From a virus (lineage: Duplodnaviria; Heunggongvirae; Uroviricota; Caudoviricetes), in the IMG/VR virus record IMGVR_UViG_2648501321_000004: a stretch of 34,209 nt of DNA, one strand, 5' to 3'. The notes under the pieces were generated by a model, which worked only from the letters and a program-made list of their open reading frames with translations, did not search any database and was not told the origin of the DNA. The position numbers were made by a program, and so were the translations under genes. Positions 1 through 9,432 of this stretch are shown here, piece after piece (positions within the stretch are counted from its first letter, which is position 1; each line of letters begins with the position of its first letter).

Positions 1-798
1 TGGCTTAAACGTTCCATCCCAGATACCGCTGTATTGCCGCGTCTGCGGATTATAGTTCGACGGCACCTGCAGAATGCGCCCGCGCAGATGATAATTACGG
101 CTCACCTGCTGGCTGCCGAACTGCTCCGAATCCACCTGTACGCCGACGAGTGCCGTGTTCGGGTAGCACTGTTTCACATCGATGATTTCGGTGTATGACG
201 ACCAGAGCGTTTTGTTCTGCAGCTGGTCTGTGCTGCTGTCCGGCGTCATCCTGCGCATCCGGATATTAAACGGGCGCGGCGGCAGGTTATCCACCACCAC
301 CGAGGCCAGATACTGCGACGTGGTTTTGCCCTTAATGGTGATGTCTTTTTCCGTCACCCAGCCACCGTTACGTTGTATCTGAACCAGCAGGCGGACTTCC
401 GACGGATTCCTGTCTCCCTTTGAGGTGGTTTCCACCAGTGCCTGCACACCGAAGGTAAAGCGCAGACGGTCGATGTTTGCCGACGTGATGGTCCGGGTGA
501 TCGGCGTGTCGTATTTCACTTCCGTACCCAGCACAGTCTCGGAGCCGGAGGATTCAAAACCCTCCGGCGGTGTCTGCTCCTGCTCACCGGCCCGGAACAC
601 CACCGTGACGCCGGAGATATTGGTATTCCCCTCACTGTCCAGCACCGGCGTACTGTTCAGCAGCACGCTTTTTAAGCTATTCACCGGACCTTCAACCGGC
701 CCTTCGCTGATGGCATCAATCACACTCAGCAACTGCGTGGACTTCAGGTTATCTTTCGCTTCGCGCGGGGTATGCCCCTTACTGCTGCCTTTACCCAT
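1..798 (-). CDS. J: Tail tip/host-specificity protein J, N-terminal 266 codons only (truncated by window edge)
   Basis: Minus-strand ATG at 798 opens a frame with no stop to position 1; translation begins MGKGSSKGHTPREAKDNLKST, matching the lambda J N-terminus as I recall it. Not in the ORF track because it has no stop in the window. Confidence 0.8.
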   Translation of the reverse strand, partial: MGKGSSKGHTPREAKDNLKSTQLLSVIDAISEGPVEGPVNSLKSVLLNSTPVLDSEGNTNISGVTVVFRAGEQEQTPPEGFESSGSETVLGTEVKYDTPITRTITSANIDRLRFTFGVQALVETTSKGDRNPSEVRLLVQIQRNGGWVTEKDITIKGKTTSQYLASVVVDNLPPRPFNIRMRRMTPDSSTDQLQNKTLWSSYTEIIDVKQCYPNTALVGVQVDSEQFGSQQVSRNYHLRGRILQVPSNYNPQTRQYSGIWDGTFKP

Positions 799-820
799 TC
801 CTCACGCTCCATAAACGACA

Positions 821-846
821 AAACCGCCCGGAGGCGGTTTCACATA
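821..846 (-). terminator. Hairpin (AAACCGCC-loop-GGCGGTTT) plus T-rich tail between I and J; possible attenuator
   Basis: 8-bp inverted repeat at 821..840 followed on the minus strand by TTTTGTCGTTT. Confidence 0.3.
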
Positions 847-858
847 AAACATTTTGCA

Positions 859-1506
859 TCAGCGACCAATCACCACAACCTGACCACCATCCCCTTCGTC
901 TGCCGTGCTGATCTCCTGAGAAACCACCCGCGACCCCACGCGCATTTCACCGTACAGAACAGGCAAAACATTGCCCTGGGCAACCATGTTATCCAGTGAG
1001 GAGAAATAGGTGTTCTGTTTGCCGTTATCTGTACTGGCTGCCGTGGGCGTCCTGGCTTTCGGTGCCAGCATCTGCGCCACTCCGCCCAGGATCATACTGG
1101 CCCCTGCCGCATACATGCCCGATACAGCCGCGGCACCCAGCCAGCCCACAGGGTTCCACCATGCCACCGCAATCAGCGCCGCCCCAAGCACCACCTGAAA
1201 CACACCGCCACTTTTAGCTCCCGCCAGACGCGGCACGATGTGGATCACGGCACCATTTGCCAGCGGCTCATTAAGACGGGCAGATAATTCATTTTCGCCT
1301 GCATCACGCCCGGCAATGCGCACCTGATACCAGCCCTTATTCAGTTTCTGACGAAACGCCGGGAGCTGTGTGGCCAGCGCCCGGATGGCTTCGGCCCCCG
1401 TTTTCACACGAAGGTCGATGCGGCGGCCAAATCGTTGCAAATCCCCGTAAAGGCAGATGCGTGCCATGCCCGGTGACGCCAGAGGGAGTGTGTGCGTCGC
1501 TGCCAT
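859..1506 (-). CDS. I: Tail assembly protein I
   Basis: 215-aa ORF beginning MAATHTLPLASPGMARICLYGDLQRF and ending EISTADEGDGGQVVVIGR, near-identical to lambda gpI as recalled; sits between K and J as in lambda. Confidence 0.9.
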   Translation of the reverse strand: MAATHTLPLASPGMARICLYGDLQRFGRRIDLRVKTGAEAIRALATQLPAFRQKLNKGWYQVRIAGRDAGENELSARLNEPLANGAVIHIVPRLAGAKSGGVFQVVLGAALIAVAWWNPVGWLGAAAVSGMYAAGASMILGGVAQMLAPKARTPTAASTDNGKQNTYFSSLDNMVAQGNVLPVLYGEMRVGSRVVSQEISTADEGDGGQVVVIGR

Positions 1507-2147
1507 TTGTCGGTATACCTCTCTCGTTTGCTCAGTTGTTCAGGAATATGGTGCAGCAGCTCGCCGTCGCCGCAGTAAATGGCGGCATGATTCGGCACCG
1601 ATGAACCAAAACAGCACAGCAGCACATCGCCCGGCTGCGCCGCTGACAACGGCACCTGATACAGCCCTGTGGCCTCCAGATTATCCAGATAGAGATTCTG
1701 ACCGTTACGCCACCAGTCATCCCCGCGATGAAAATCCGGCATCTCAATCCCCGCCAGATGGTAAGCATCCCGGAACAGCGTGTAACAGTCCGTCACCCCG
1801 TGCTCAAAGCGCCGCCCGGTGAGATGCGGCACACAGCGGAATTTATGAATCTCACCCCGGCAGACCAGCCACCACGGCAAATCACTCTGCACCTGCAGCC
1901 GCCGGTCAGCCTCACTCAGCCAGGGCAGACCACCGGGGTGGCTGTGGACCAGCGCCACAATCTCACCCTGCATTTCTGCACTCAGCCAGTCCTCCGGCGA
2001 CATCCGGAAATACGCCTCCGGCTCACCAGAGATATTCACGCAGGGAAAATATCTTTCCCCCTCCGGTGTTCTCACCACGAAGCCGCACGACTCCGCTGGC
2101 GCACATCGCCGGGCGTGCGCCAGAATCGCTGATTCTGTCTCTGTCAT
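1404..2147 (-). CDS. K: Tail tip assembly protein K (JAMM/MPN plus NlpC/P60-like domains)
   Basis: Translation MTETESAILAHARRCAP... contains a JAMM motif (HSHPGGLPWLSEAD) and a Cys/His NlpC-like region. Track ORF starts at a GTG at 2156; ATG at 2147 preferred. Overlaps I by 103 nt. Confidence 0.85.
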   Translation of the reverse strand: MTETESAILAHARRCAPAESCGFVVRTPEGERYFPCVNISGEPEAYFRMSPEDWLSAEMQGEIVALVHSHPGGLPWLSEADRRLQVQSDLPWWLVCRGEIHKFRCVPHLTGRRFEHGVTDCYTLFRDAYHLAGIEMPDFHRGDDWWRNGQNLYLDNLEATGLYQVPLSAAQPGDVLLCCFGSSVPNHAAIYCGDGELLHHIPEQLSKRERYTDKWQRRTHSLWRHRAWHASAFTGICNDLAAASTFV

Positions 2148-2152
2148 GGGAT

Positions 2153-2851
2153 TCACTGCGAAAGTTTGTTAATGGAAAGGAAGCCGCCAAAGTTGCCGAC
2201 GTTATTGCGAAACTTACAGCCGCTCAGGCATTTGCTGCATTTATCCTTCGTGATATCGGACGTCGGCTGATCATATTCATCCGCGACCGCCGGACCGTGA
2301 TAACCGCACTCGTCACCGCGATAGGTCCAGGTGCAGGTGTTGGCCAGCATGATGCGCCCCGGAAAAACGGCACCGTCCGTTTCCGTCGGCGTGGACAGTA
2401 CAAAAGAGGCACTCACCGCGCTCAGTTCGCTGCACTGCTCGATGCGCCAGCAGCTGATCACCTCCTGCTCCGGATCGGCGTCACTGTTTCCGTTGACGAA
2501 GTTCACCGCATCCAGAAAACGGGCGTAAACCTTACGCCTGACCACCGTTCCGCCGACCAGACTCTGCAGATCTTCCGCCATCCCGGTGACCATGCCGTGC
2601 AGGTTAGAAACCGTCAGTGTCGGACGGGCAGCACTGCCCTTGCCATTCAGTTCAAATCCCGTCCCCTGAATGGGGTATGCCTGATACTGCCGCCCCTGCC
2701 AGGTAACCGGCTCACCTTTTTCGTTCTGCTCATTACAGAAAAAATAACGTTCACCACCGACCTCTGTCAGATCGATTTCCCAGAGCACCACCTGGGCTGA
2801 CTGAGTGAGGCGTGTCGTCTCATGATGTGTTTCCTGTGGAATATCCTGCAT
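2153..2851 (-). CDS. L: Tail tip protein L
   Basis: 232-aa ORF, MQDIPQETHHETTRLTQSAQVVLWEIDL..., with C-terminal cysteine cluster (CSKCLSGCKFRNN) as in lambda gpL. Confidence 0.9.
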   Translation of the reverse strand: MQDIPQETHHETTRLTQSAQVVLWEIDLTEVGGERYFFCNEQNEKGEPVTWQGRQYQAYPIQGTGFELNGKGSAARPTLTVSNLHGMVTGMAEDLQSLVGGTVVRRKVYARFLDAVNFVNGNSDADPEQEVISCWRIEQCSELSAVSASFVLSTPTETDGAVFPGRIMLANTCTWTYRGDECGYHGPAVADEYDQPTSDITKDKCSKCLSGCKFRNNVGNFGGFLSINKLSQ

Positions 2852-2860
2852 CAGAGCCTC

Positions 2861-3190
2861 CTATGCCACGACCTGTTCAAAATCTGCCGTTATGGTTATC
2901 CACAGCGCCCCCACGCTTGCCGACCATTTACGACAAACCACCCTGATCGGCTTCCAGTCATAAGGTGGCGTCCACTGAAATGCGCGGACGCCACCGTGCC
3001 GTTCCAGAAAGGCTTTTAAAGATGGGTGTTCACATTTACGAACACGTATCGTCACGCTGTAAGTCGACAACTGGTTATTCAGTCCCGCCGCACGACGCTG
3101 TTCATAACCATCGCCCAGCTTCACTGTCACCACTTTCGGCTCTGATACCACATTCATATCCGGGCGCACTTTCCAGTGAAACGTCTCCAT
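2861..3190 (-). CDS. M: Tail tip protein M
   Basis: 109-aa ORF METFHWKVRPDMNVVSEPKVVTVKLGDGYEQRRAAG..., lambda gpM-like; its ATG overlaps the H stop (TAATG). Confidence 0.9.
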   Translation of the reverse strand: METFHWKVRPDMNVVSEPKVVTVKLGDGYEQRRAAGLNNQLSTYSVTIRVRKCEHPSLKAFLERHGGVRAFQWTPPYDWKPIRVVCRKWSASVGALWITITADFEQVVA

Positions 3191-6100
3191 TACCGATATG
3201 CTCCACTTAACCGACCACCATCACGGGCCTGCTGTTGCATAAAGTCCGCTGCCGCTTTTTTCCCGAGGTCATAAACCACCTTCAGGGCAGCCGGACCTAT
3301 CTGCCCGTTCGTGCCATCGTTATTGATCTCGATGTTGTACTGCGGGGCAAACATCGCCATACCTGAACCACCAATATCCGCCACAACCCCCAGCTTACCG
3401 TCAGCACCACGACGCAGTGGCAGAATGGCTTCAGGTCCCGCTTCCCCCATCACACCCGCGCCTTTTGCAAAAGCAAAAAACGTCGGACGGTTAACCACCG
3501 TGCCACTGTAACGACTCAAATCAGCAGACTGATAAATCCCCCCATTGGCATTCAGGGAAAGGCTGCTGAGATCAAATCCCAGTACACTGCCAATCCCTTT
3601 TATCGATTTCATCATGGTTGCCTGCGCCAGGATTTTCGCCATATCTGACAGCACAGAAGAGGTGAAGGATTTGAAATTGAGTTTGCCGGTAGTGACAAAA
3701 GTTGCCAGGCCATTTCCCATGTTGCTGAAGGCTGACGAGAACACCTGTTCTGCTGTTCCTGCCGTATTATCTGCATCCACGGTAAAATCCTGAAATGCAC
3801 GCAGGACTCCGTTTTTCCAGTTACCCTGCACAACTTCAAGCTGTTGCCAGTAACGGCGATTCTCATTCAGTTGTCGGTTCAGGCTCTCCGTCAGCGCCTG
3901 CTCGGCCTTTCTGTAGTCATCCGTGTTATATGTCCCTTTCTGCTCACTATCCCGCCTCAACTGCTCCAGCTGTTGCTGGTATTTCTGGCGAAGACTCAGT
4001 TGTACCTGATATCGCTGCCGCTGCTGATCACCCATACCCACCGTGGCGATATCCAGGTCATGTTGCTGACGCTGAGCGCGCTCTTCTTCAGCCAGTTGAC
4101 TGGTCAGCTGAATTGTTTTTTTCTTCAGCTCGTTGAGTGCCGTCTGTTTCTGAAGCTCCTGCTGTTTTACATCCAGCAGCGTCAGTGCCTGAATCAGTTC
4201 ATCTTTACGGGCCAGCACACTCTTTTCATCTGCCGTCAGTTTTTTCCCGTCCAGGTCGCTGATGCGCTGCTGCAGAGCCAGAAGCTGTTTATGCGCTTCT
4301 GTCATCCTTTCCGTGGCAATGCCTGCTGACTGTCTGGCAGCAGCAATCTGTCCTTCCACCTGTGCCTGTTGCTGACTGTACTGCAGCAATAACCGGGTGG
4401 CCTCATCATTACGGGTTTCGCGTGTTTTTTTCTTACCGGATGCCTGGGCTTTCTCGTAACGTTCATTTTCACGTTGTATCGCCGCATCCCTGACAGCCTG
4501 ATCGGCGTACTGCATGGCATTAATACGCGCAATTTCACGCTGATGTCGTGCTGCTTCCGTTTCATTCATCCGGTTCAGTGCAGCATTTTCAGCATTACGG
4601 CGTTTCTGTTGCTCCTGATAATTCCGCTCTGCCTGCTCTTTTGCATCCTGCAAATCCTTCTGGCGTTTTTTCTCCTGAAGATCGTTAAGACGCTGCTGAT
4701 CGTATTCAACCTGAGAAGATGATGCCGTCCAGGGGAGTCTTTTCGCCCGCGACACTTTCTCCTGCAAAGTGGCAATCTGCGCATCCAGCGAATCTTCACG
4801 ACCAATATTCATGGCCGCATCCCAGAACTGCTTCCACCAGTCAGACAAAGTTTGCAGCGTACTGCCCAGCGCATTGAGGTTATTATCAATATCCGCAGTA
4901 CGCCGACCGGTTTCCTCTGCCAGTGCAGACATGGCTATCCGTGCCGCATCACTGGACCGCCCCTGCTCTCCAAGGACGCGTATCTGCTCAAGCTGAGTGG
5001 CAGTAAGAAAATGCAGCTCATTGTCCAGAGACTTCGCGGCATTTACAGGATCATCCTTCAGCCGCTTAAACTGATTTATGGTATCGCTGACCGACTGGCC
5101 AACCGATCGCTCCATCTGTGCGGCAGCTCTCGCCACCATACCGATATCGTTTCCACGAAATGCACCACTCCCCACCACCTGAGCCAGCGCACCGGCTGCA
5201 GCATGTTGCGTGATACCATTCCCGGAAATAGCACGACTGAGCGTCCACAGCTGCCCGGCAGTGACTCCGGCATAATGCCCCGTCAGCGACAGCTGGCGGT
5301 TAAATTCTTCCCCCTCCTTCTGACCGTCATACCAGGCTTTACCCAGGCCATAGACAGCCGCGGCAATACCGCCAATAACCCCGCCAAGCATCATGCCTTT
5401 CGGTGACATCAATGTGTCTATCCACCCGGCACGGTTAGCCAGCGTTATTCCGGATCCCCTCAGCGCCCCTAAATTGCCGCGGGCCAGTTCACCTATCAGA
5501 ACGCCTATCTCCTGACGGGCCGCTGCACTTTTCAGCCCCAGCGAATGCGTGGCTTTTCCTGCCTGCTCCATTTTGCGGATATACACTTCTGCAGCACTGC
5601 TTACCCCCAGCTGGGCAGCCTTAGCACGAAGCAACTCAGAAGAAGAAAGATTCTGGCGGGTTGCCTGCTCTTTAAGCTGACGGATAAACGCCACTTTCTG
5701 TCGGGTAGCCTCTTCCTCAGCCTGTGTAAGAACACGGGTTTTCGCCGTAACCTCAGAAATCAGCGCCAGATAATCCTGCTGACCAATCCCGCCACTGTTT
5801 CTGGCCTGTCGGATCTGCTGCTGAATACGCTGTAATTCCTGCAGACCCGCACTGGCCTGTTTCACACTGTCAATCTGACGATAAAACGCAGCAGCCGCTT
5901 TATCCTGAGCCTCCGCCAGAGCCATGGCCTGCGCCTGTTCCTCGCGCATTTTCTGGCTCAGCGCCTCCATACGCTGGCGGGTTTTCTCCACCTCGCGGGC
6001 CATGCGTTCATGAGCCTGTGCGTTCTTCTCCACCGTCTGCGCATGGACGGATGCGGCTGTTGCAGCCGAAGACGCCGCCTGCGTTGTCTGCCGGGCGGCC

Positions 6101-6255
6101 TGAGTCTGACGCTCCATAAAACGCTGCATACGGGCAGAAGACCGTTCTGCATCGCTGGCTGCACCATTCAGAAGGTTTTTGATACGGGGGATTTCATTTT
6201 TAAACTCTGCCGCATCAATCCCCAAATCAATGACCAGGTTGGCTATCTGGTCCAT
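3190..6255 (-). CDS. H: Tail tape measure protein H (about 1021 aa, longer than lambda H)
   Basis: Long Gln/Glu/Ala-rich coiled-coil ORF whose C-terminus (NIEINNDGTNGQIGPAALKVVYDLGKK...DGGRLSGAYR) matches lambda gpH. Track start at 6285 is a TTG; ATG at 6255 has a GGAGGTG Shine-Dalgarno 8 nt upstream. Confidence 0.85.
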   Translation of the reverse strand: MDQIANLVIDLGIDAAEFKNEIPRIKNLLNGAASDAERSSARMQRFMERQTQAARQTTQAASSAATAASVHAQTVEKNAQAHERMAREVEKTRQRMEALSQKMREEQAQAMALAEAQDKAAAAFYRQIDSVKQASAGLQELQRIQQQIRQARNSGGIGQQDYLALISEVTAKTRVLTQAEEEATRQKVAFIRQLKEQATRQNLSSSELLRAKAAQLGVSSAAEVYIRKMEQAGKATHSLGLKSAAARQEIGVLIGELARGNLGALRGSGITLANRAGWIDTLMSPKGMMLGGVIGGIAAAVYGLGKAWYDGQKEGEEFNRQLSLTGHYAGVTAGQLWTLSRAISGNGITQHAAAGALAQVVGSGAFRGNDIGMVARAAAQMERSVGQSVSDTINQFKRLKDDPVNAAKSLDNELHFLTATQLEQIRVLGEQGRSSDAARIAMSALAEETGRRTADIDNNLNALGSTLQTLSDWWKQFWDAAMNIGREDSLDAQIATLQEKVSRAKRLPWTASSSQVEYDQQRLNDLQEKKRQKDLQDAKEQAERNYQEQQKRRNAENAALNRMNETEAARHQREIARINAMQYADQAVRDAAIQRENERYEKAQASGKKKTRETRNDEATRLLLQYSQQQAQVEGQIAAARQSAGIATERMTEAHKQLLALQQRISDLDGKKLTADEKSVLARKDELIQALTLLDVKQQELQKQTALNELKKKTIQLTSQLAEEERAQRQQHDLDIATVGMGDQQRQRYQVQLSLRQKYQQQLEQLRRDSEQKGTYNTDDYRKAEQALTESLNRQLNENRRYWQQLEVVQGNWKNGVLRAFQDFTVDADNTAGTAEQVFSSAFSNMGNGLATFVTTGKLNFKSFTSSVLSDMAKILAQATMMKSIKGIGSVLGFDLSSLSLNANGGIYQSADLSRYSGTVVNRPTFFAFAKGAGVMGEAGPEAILPLRRGADGKLGVVADIGGSGMAMFAPQYNIEINNDGTNGQIGPAALKVVYDLGKKAAADFMQQQARDGGRLSGAYR

Positions 6256-6577
6256 AACGCACACCTCCGGAAATACCTTCCCCAAGATGCATCAGTTCTT
6301 CGTCCGTTCGCTCCGGTATCCCGTTCTCTTCCGGTAAAAGGCTGAAATCAGCCACCGCAGCATCACTGCTGCCGGACACCATTCTCACGATCAATGCCTT
6401 CAGCGAGGCAAACTGCGCATCCATCCACACATCACTGAAGCTCTGCATCCGGAAATAATCGCCCCACTCACCAAGCTCAGTGGCCGACATTTCCGACAGC
6501 ATCCGCCGCCAGTCTGCCCGCCGGAACTCCCGGGCAAGCCGCATGACAAACTGCATTTCCCGCGTCAGGACTTTTCC
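6227..6577 (-). CDS. T: T-frame segment of tail assembly chaperone G-T (reached by -1 frameshift from G)
   Basis: ORF in the -1 frame relative to G, open from 6589 to 6227, overlapping the G 3-prime end; a GGAAAAG slip site lies at 6571..6577. Position between V and H matches lambda G/G-T. Confidence 0.6.
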   Translation of the reverse strand, partial: GKVLTREMQFVMRLAREFRRADWRRMLSEMSATELGEWGDYFRMQSFSDVWMDAQFASLKALIVRMVSGSSDAAVADFSLLPEENGIPERTDEELMHLGEGISGGVRYGPDSQPGH

Positions 6578-6954
6578 GGCGTCAGCGCCTCATGCTCATC
6601 ATCCCCGGCATTATCAATGGCCCCCATACCGCTCAGCGACAGAACCATCTCCGCCCCCGCACCCAGGGCATCATACGACCATGTTGTAATAACGGATGCG
6701 CAAAGCGTCTCTACATCCTTAGACTGATCCGCATTCCACAGTGAGCGGGAAACCAGCCAGGCATTGATATCCATCCCCATCCGCAGAAAAGCAATCTGTC
6801 GTTCAGCCTCCGGCAGTTCTCCCTCACCGGCATCAAACTTTGCCGTTCGCTGCTGAACAAACGCCAGATATTCAATTCTCTGCAACCCGGACAGCTCACT
6901 GAGCACCACGGACTGTTTTTCATAATTAAACGTGCCCTGTTTCAGAAACATCAT
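6565..6954 (-). CDS. G: Tail assembly chaperone G
   Basis: Translation MMFLKQGTFNYEKQSVVLSELSGLQRIEYLAF... resembles lambda gpG. Start chosen at the ATG-ATG preceded by GGTGGAG; the track start at 6993 falls inside a hairpin. Confidence 0.75.
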   Translation of the reverse strand: MMFLKQGTFNYEKQSVVLSELSGLQRIEYLAFVQQRTAKFDAGEGELPEAERQIAFLRMGMDINAWLVSRSLWNADQSKDVETLCASVITTWSYDALGAGAEMVLSLSGMGAIDNAGDDEHEALTPEKS

Positions 6955-6965
6955 ATTCTCCACCT

Positions 6966-6991
6966 GCAAAAAAGCCCCGAATAACCGGGGC
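6966..6991 (-). terminator. Hairpin plus T-run just after the major tail gene V (possible attenuator before G)
   Basis: Minus strand reads GCCCCGG-TTATT-CGGGGC followed by TTTTTTG. Confidence 0.4.
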
Positions 6992-7011
6992 AAATGATGA
7001 GTATCATCCTG

Positions 7012-7755
7012 TTAACCTGCGGCGCTGACAGCCACCGTAGCCACTGCCACAAAATCGCCGTCAGAAGTCATGCCCACAATGCTGACACTGCCCTGCTTCA
7101 CGCCTTTCACCGTGGCCACAAGTCCGTTCAGGGTAACCGTGGCAGTCTGTGGATCTGACGAATGCACACTGATCGCTTTGTCACTGGCTCCGTCAGGTTT
7201 TACTGTAAAGGTCAGCGTGGTGGTTGCTCCCACTTTTACACTGGCAGACGCCGGTGATACTGTCAGCCCGGTAACGCTCACGGTTTCAGTGCCTTCCTCT
7301 GCCAGATACGGACGCCCCACACCGCTGATTTTCACAGTGCGGGTCATCACGTCTTTTGAGGCAATGGTTTTACCCAGTGAGCTCAGCCAGCCACGGAAAA
7401 CATCAACAGTGCCGTTGGGATATTTGATACGAAACGCGCAGACTTCACCGGAGTCGAACAACTGAACCAGTTTTTTCTGCCCGCTGTCACCCGGACGCCA
7501 GGCCAGCGTCGCCGAAGTATCACCGACGGATTTCTGCCCCTGGGTTGTCGTTTTCCAGTCTGCATCTTCATCATCGAGATAAGTGTCATCTTCTGCATCA
7601 GCGGTCATTTCGCCAGGTTGCAGATCCTTCACCATCGCAAGACGCAGCCAGTCAGTGTCCGATAAAGGGTTCGCAAACGCATCGCCCTTGCCGGTGTACA
7701 TCCAGAACGTCGTTCCCGCACCTTTCGTTTTTGCCAGTGGATTTGGTGTGGTCAT
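7012..7755 (-). CDS. V: Major tail protein V with C-terminal Ig-like domain
   Basis: Translation MTTPNPLAKTKGAGTTFWMYTGKGDAFANPLSDTDW... resembles lambda gpV. ATG at 7755 has an AGGAGGTG Shine-Dalgarno; track start at 7761 is a GTG. Confidence 0.85.
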   Translation of the reverse strand: MTTPNPLAKTKGAGTTFWMYTGKGDAFANPLSDTDWLRLAMVKDLQPGEMTADAEDDTYLDDEDADWKTTTQGQKSVGDTSATLAWRPGDSGQKKLVQLFDSGEVCAFRIKYPNGTVDVFRGWLSSLGKTIASKDVMTRTVKISGVGRPYLAEEGTETVSVTGLTVSPASASVKVGATTTLTFTVKPDGASDKAISVHSSDPQTATVTLNGLVATVKGVKQGSVSIVGMTSDGDFVAVATVAVSAAG

Positions 7756-7766
7756 TGCCACCTCCT

Positions 7767-8168
7767 TTAATTCGTGTACGTGATCTGGTACGTGATTTCC
7801 GCCATCGCCCAGGTGGCCATCTCATTATCACGTTGATAGTTAAAACCGAGAGGGATCAGGGTGTCGATGAGTCCGGAAAGTGCCGGTATATCATTCAGGG
7901 CCGGGAAAATGGTGCTCTCCATCCACATATCCAGCTCTGAATCCGGTGCCTGTGCCCGGATGAAGACAGCAATATGCAGAACAGCCTGCCAGTCATCTTC
8001 ATCCGTCATTTTTCCGGTGTACTGAGCATCACTCAGCCACACCGCCACGGCAGGCAGTTCCTGCGCATCAATAAATGCCGGAAGCCCGTCAAAAAACGTG
8101 GCGCTGTCTCCACACTGTTCCCGAAGGCGTGCCAGTACGGCCTGGCGGATTTGTGTATGTCGGTTCAT
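7767..8168 (-). CDS. U: Tail terminator protein U
   Basis: MNRHTQIRQAVLARLREQCGDSATFFDG... aligns with lambda gpU (MKHTELRAAVLDALEKHDTGATFFDG). ATG at 8168 overlaps the Z stop (ATGA). Confidence 0.85.
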   Translation of the reverse strand: MNRHTQIRQAVLARLREQCGDSATFFDGLPAFIDAQELPAVAVWLSDAQYTGKMTDEDDWQAVLHIAVFIRAQAPDSELDMWMESTIFPALNDIPALSGLIDTLIPLGFNYQRDNEMATWAMAEITYQITYTN

Positions 8169-8743
8169 CGGGTCAGCCATAACCTCAGTTGTTGTTTCAG
8201 TGCATACCCCAGCTGTTTCGGCATTTCCGCAGCAATAATGCGGTCGCGGGCATCTTCAAATGCCTGTGTCAGCGGTCCGGACAGCGGGACTTTCACCACA
8301 TCAATGGGGTAACGATTTTTGCCATCAATACGCCGCATCACATGCCAGCGACCATTCGCCAGTTGCTGAATAAACGCATCCCGGAAAAGATATTTACCCA
8401 CCTTCAGCACACTGCCACGGTACTGCAGTTTTCCACCACGCCGGGCCAGTCTGACCCGGGCTGTCCCCAGCTTAATAGCGGGCAGATTGCCCCGGTTAAC
8501 GCGGATCCTGGCCGTCATTTTTCCTGACGGACTGGCTTTAAACACCCGGACACGCTGACGTACCAGTTTCAGGGGGATCCCTTTCACCTGGTTATCTCCC
8601 GCAACGGTATTCCCGGCAACCTGCCGGGTGGCGACCGAGACCGCTTTCTGTGCCACACGGTTTATCGCCCATGCGCTGGCCTGTGGCACCATACGGGTAT
8701 CAAGGCTGTTCAGATTACGGATGGCATTCTCAAGCCCCTTCAT
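8165..8743 (-). CDS. Z: Tail completion protein Z
   Basis: 192-aa ORF with FIQQLANGRWHVMRRIDGKNRYPIDVVKVPLSGPLT and PKQLGYALKQQLR motifs as in lambda gpZ; GAGGTG Shine-Dalgarno. Confidence 0.85.
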   Translation of the reverse strand: MKGLENAIRNLNSLDTRMVPQASAWAINRVAQKAVSVATRQVAGNTVAGDNQVKGIPLKLVRQRVRVFKASPSGKMTARIRVNRGNLPAIKLGTARVRLARRGGKLQYRGSVLKVGKYLFRDAFIQQLANGRWHVMRRIDGKNRYPIDVVKVPLSGPLTQAFEDARDRIIAAEMPKQLGYALKQQLRLWLTR

Positions 8744-8754
8744 CCCACACCTCT

Positions 8755-9030
8755 TTACTCAATAAAGATCATTGGCTTACCGTTAAAACGTTCATGCCGT
8801 GTGACCGTCCATTGTTGTCCGTCATAAACAACGCGATCCCCGCGCCGTGGGCGGTATCCCGAAGAAAACACCACCAGAGAGACCGCAGGTCCGGACAGAG
8901 CATTCAGCTCTGCCAGTGTTTCTCCCGGGATCACAGTTATATCGACATCATTAATCGAGGCTGTCTTTCCCATCTTTCTAACCGTGATAGCATCCATACG
9001 CGCTGCCAGCCGGGAAAAGGGATCAGACAT
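8755..9030 (-). CDS. Head-tail joining protein (FII-like small connector, family uncertain)
   Basis: 91-aa ORF between the capsid-side genes and Z, where lambda has FII; assignment is by position and size only. Confidence 0.5.
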   Translation of the reverse strand: MSDPFSRLAARMDAITVRKMGKTASINDVDITVIPGETLAELNALSGPAVSLVVFSSGYRPRRGDRVVYDGQQWTVTRHERFNGKPMIFIE

Positions 9031-9346
9031 TGAGTTTTACCGGCACTTCTTCTGCACTGGTTCCGGCATCTGCCCAGACAACCCCGACCAGCGGATCAGA
9101 GCCGCTGTTAGTCAGCTGAACTTTTCCGGACTTCAGATAAACCTTCTTACCCGTTTTCATGTCATCCGTTTTCAGCTTAGGCAGCATAAACACACCTTCG
9201 GTCATGCCGTCGCCTGTTTCACCCTGTGGAATATCGGTCAGCGCCACCGCAAAAACATCGCCCACCTGCACCAGATCTCCGCTGCTGATGGCTGCACTGG
9301 CAACAATCGCCACCGTTTTTCCTTCTTCTACAAAATTCTTTGCCAT
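9023..9346 (-). CDS. Small head-associated protein (DUF2190-like, MAKNFVEEGK... N-terminus)
   Basis: About 107 aa from the ATG at 9346 (GGAG Shine-Dalgarno 8 nt upstream); lies directly downstream of the capsid gene. Family call is from memory and uncertain. Confidence 0.5.
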   Translation of the reverse strand: MAKNFVEEGKTVAIVASAAISSGDLVQVGDVFAVALTDIPQGETGDGMTEGVFMLPKLKTDDMKTGKKVYLKSGKVQLTNSGSDPLVGVVWADAGTSAEEVPVKLNV

Positions 9347-9389
9347 AACTGTCTCCGCACAGCCCCGTTCAGGGGCTGATTTCAGGTAC

Positions 9390-9410
9390 AAAAAAAGCCC
9401 TTACGGGCCA
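9390..9410 (-). terminator. Hairpin plus T7 run immediately after the capsid gene
   Basis: Minus strand reads GCCC-GTAA-GGGC followed by TTTTTTT; a second hairpin (CAGCCCC-TGAAC-GGGGCTG) follows. Confidence 0.4.
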
Positions 9411-9432
9411 TCAGAGTTGTTGTCTGCGACGT

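Noticed and set aside
182-999. Plus-strand ORFs at 182..382, 425..814 and 772..999
   Set aside because: They lie antisense to the J, I and intergenic sequence, have no ribosome-binding sites, and the minus-strand frame encodes a recognisable J N-terminus.
3311-6345. Numerous plus-strand and short minus-strand ORFs inside the tape measure gene
   Set aside because: The long minus-strand H frame with a lambda-like C-terminus explains the region; the others are low-complexity frame artefacts of a GC-rich repetitive gene.
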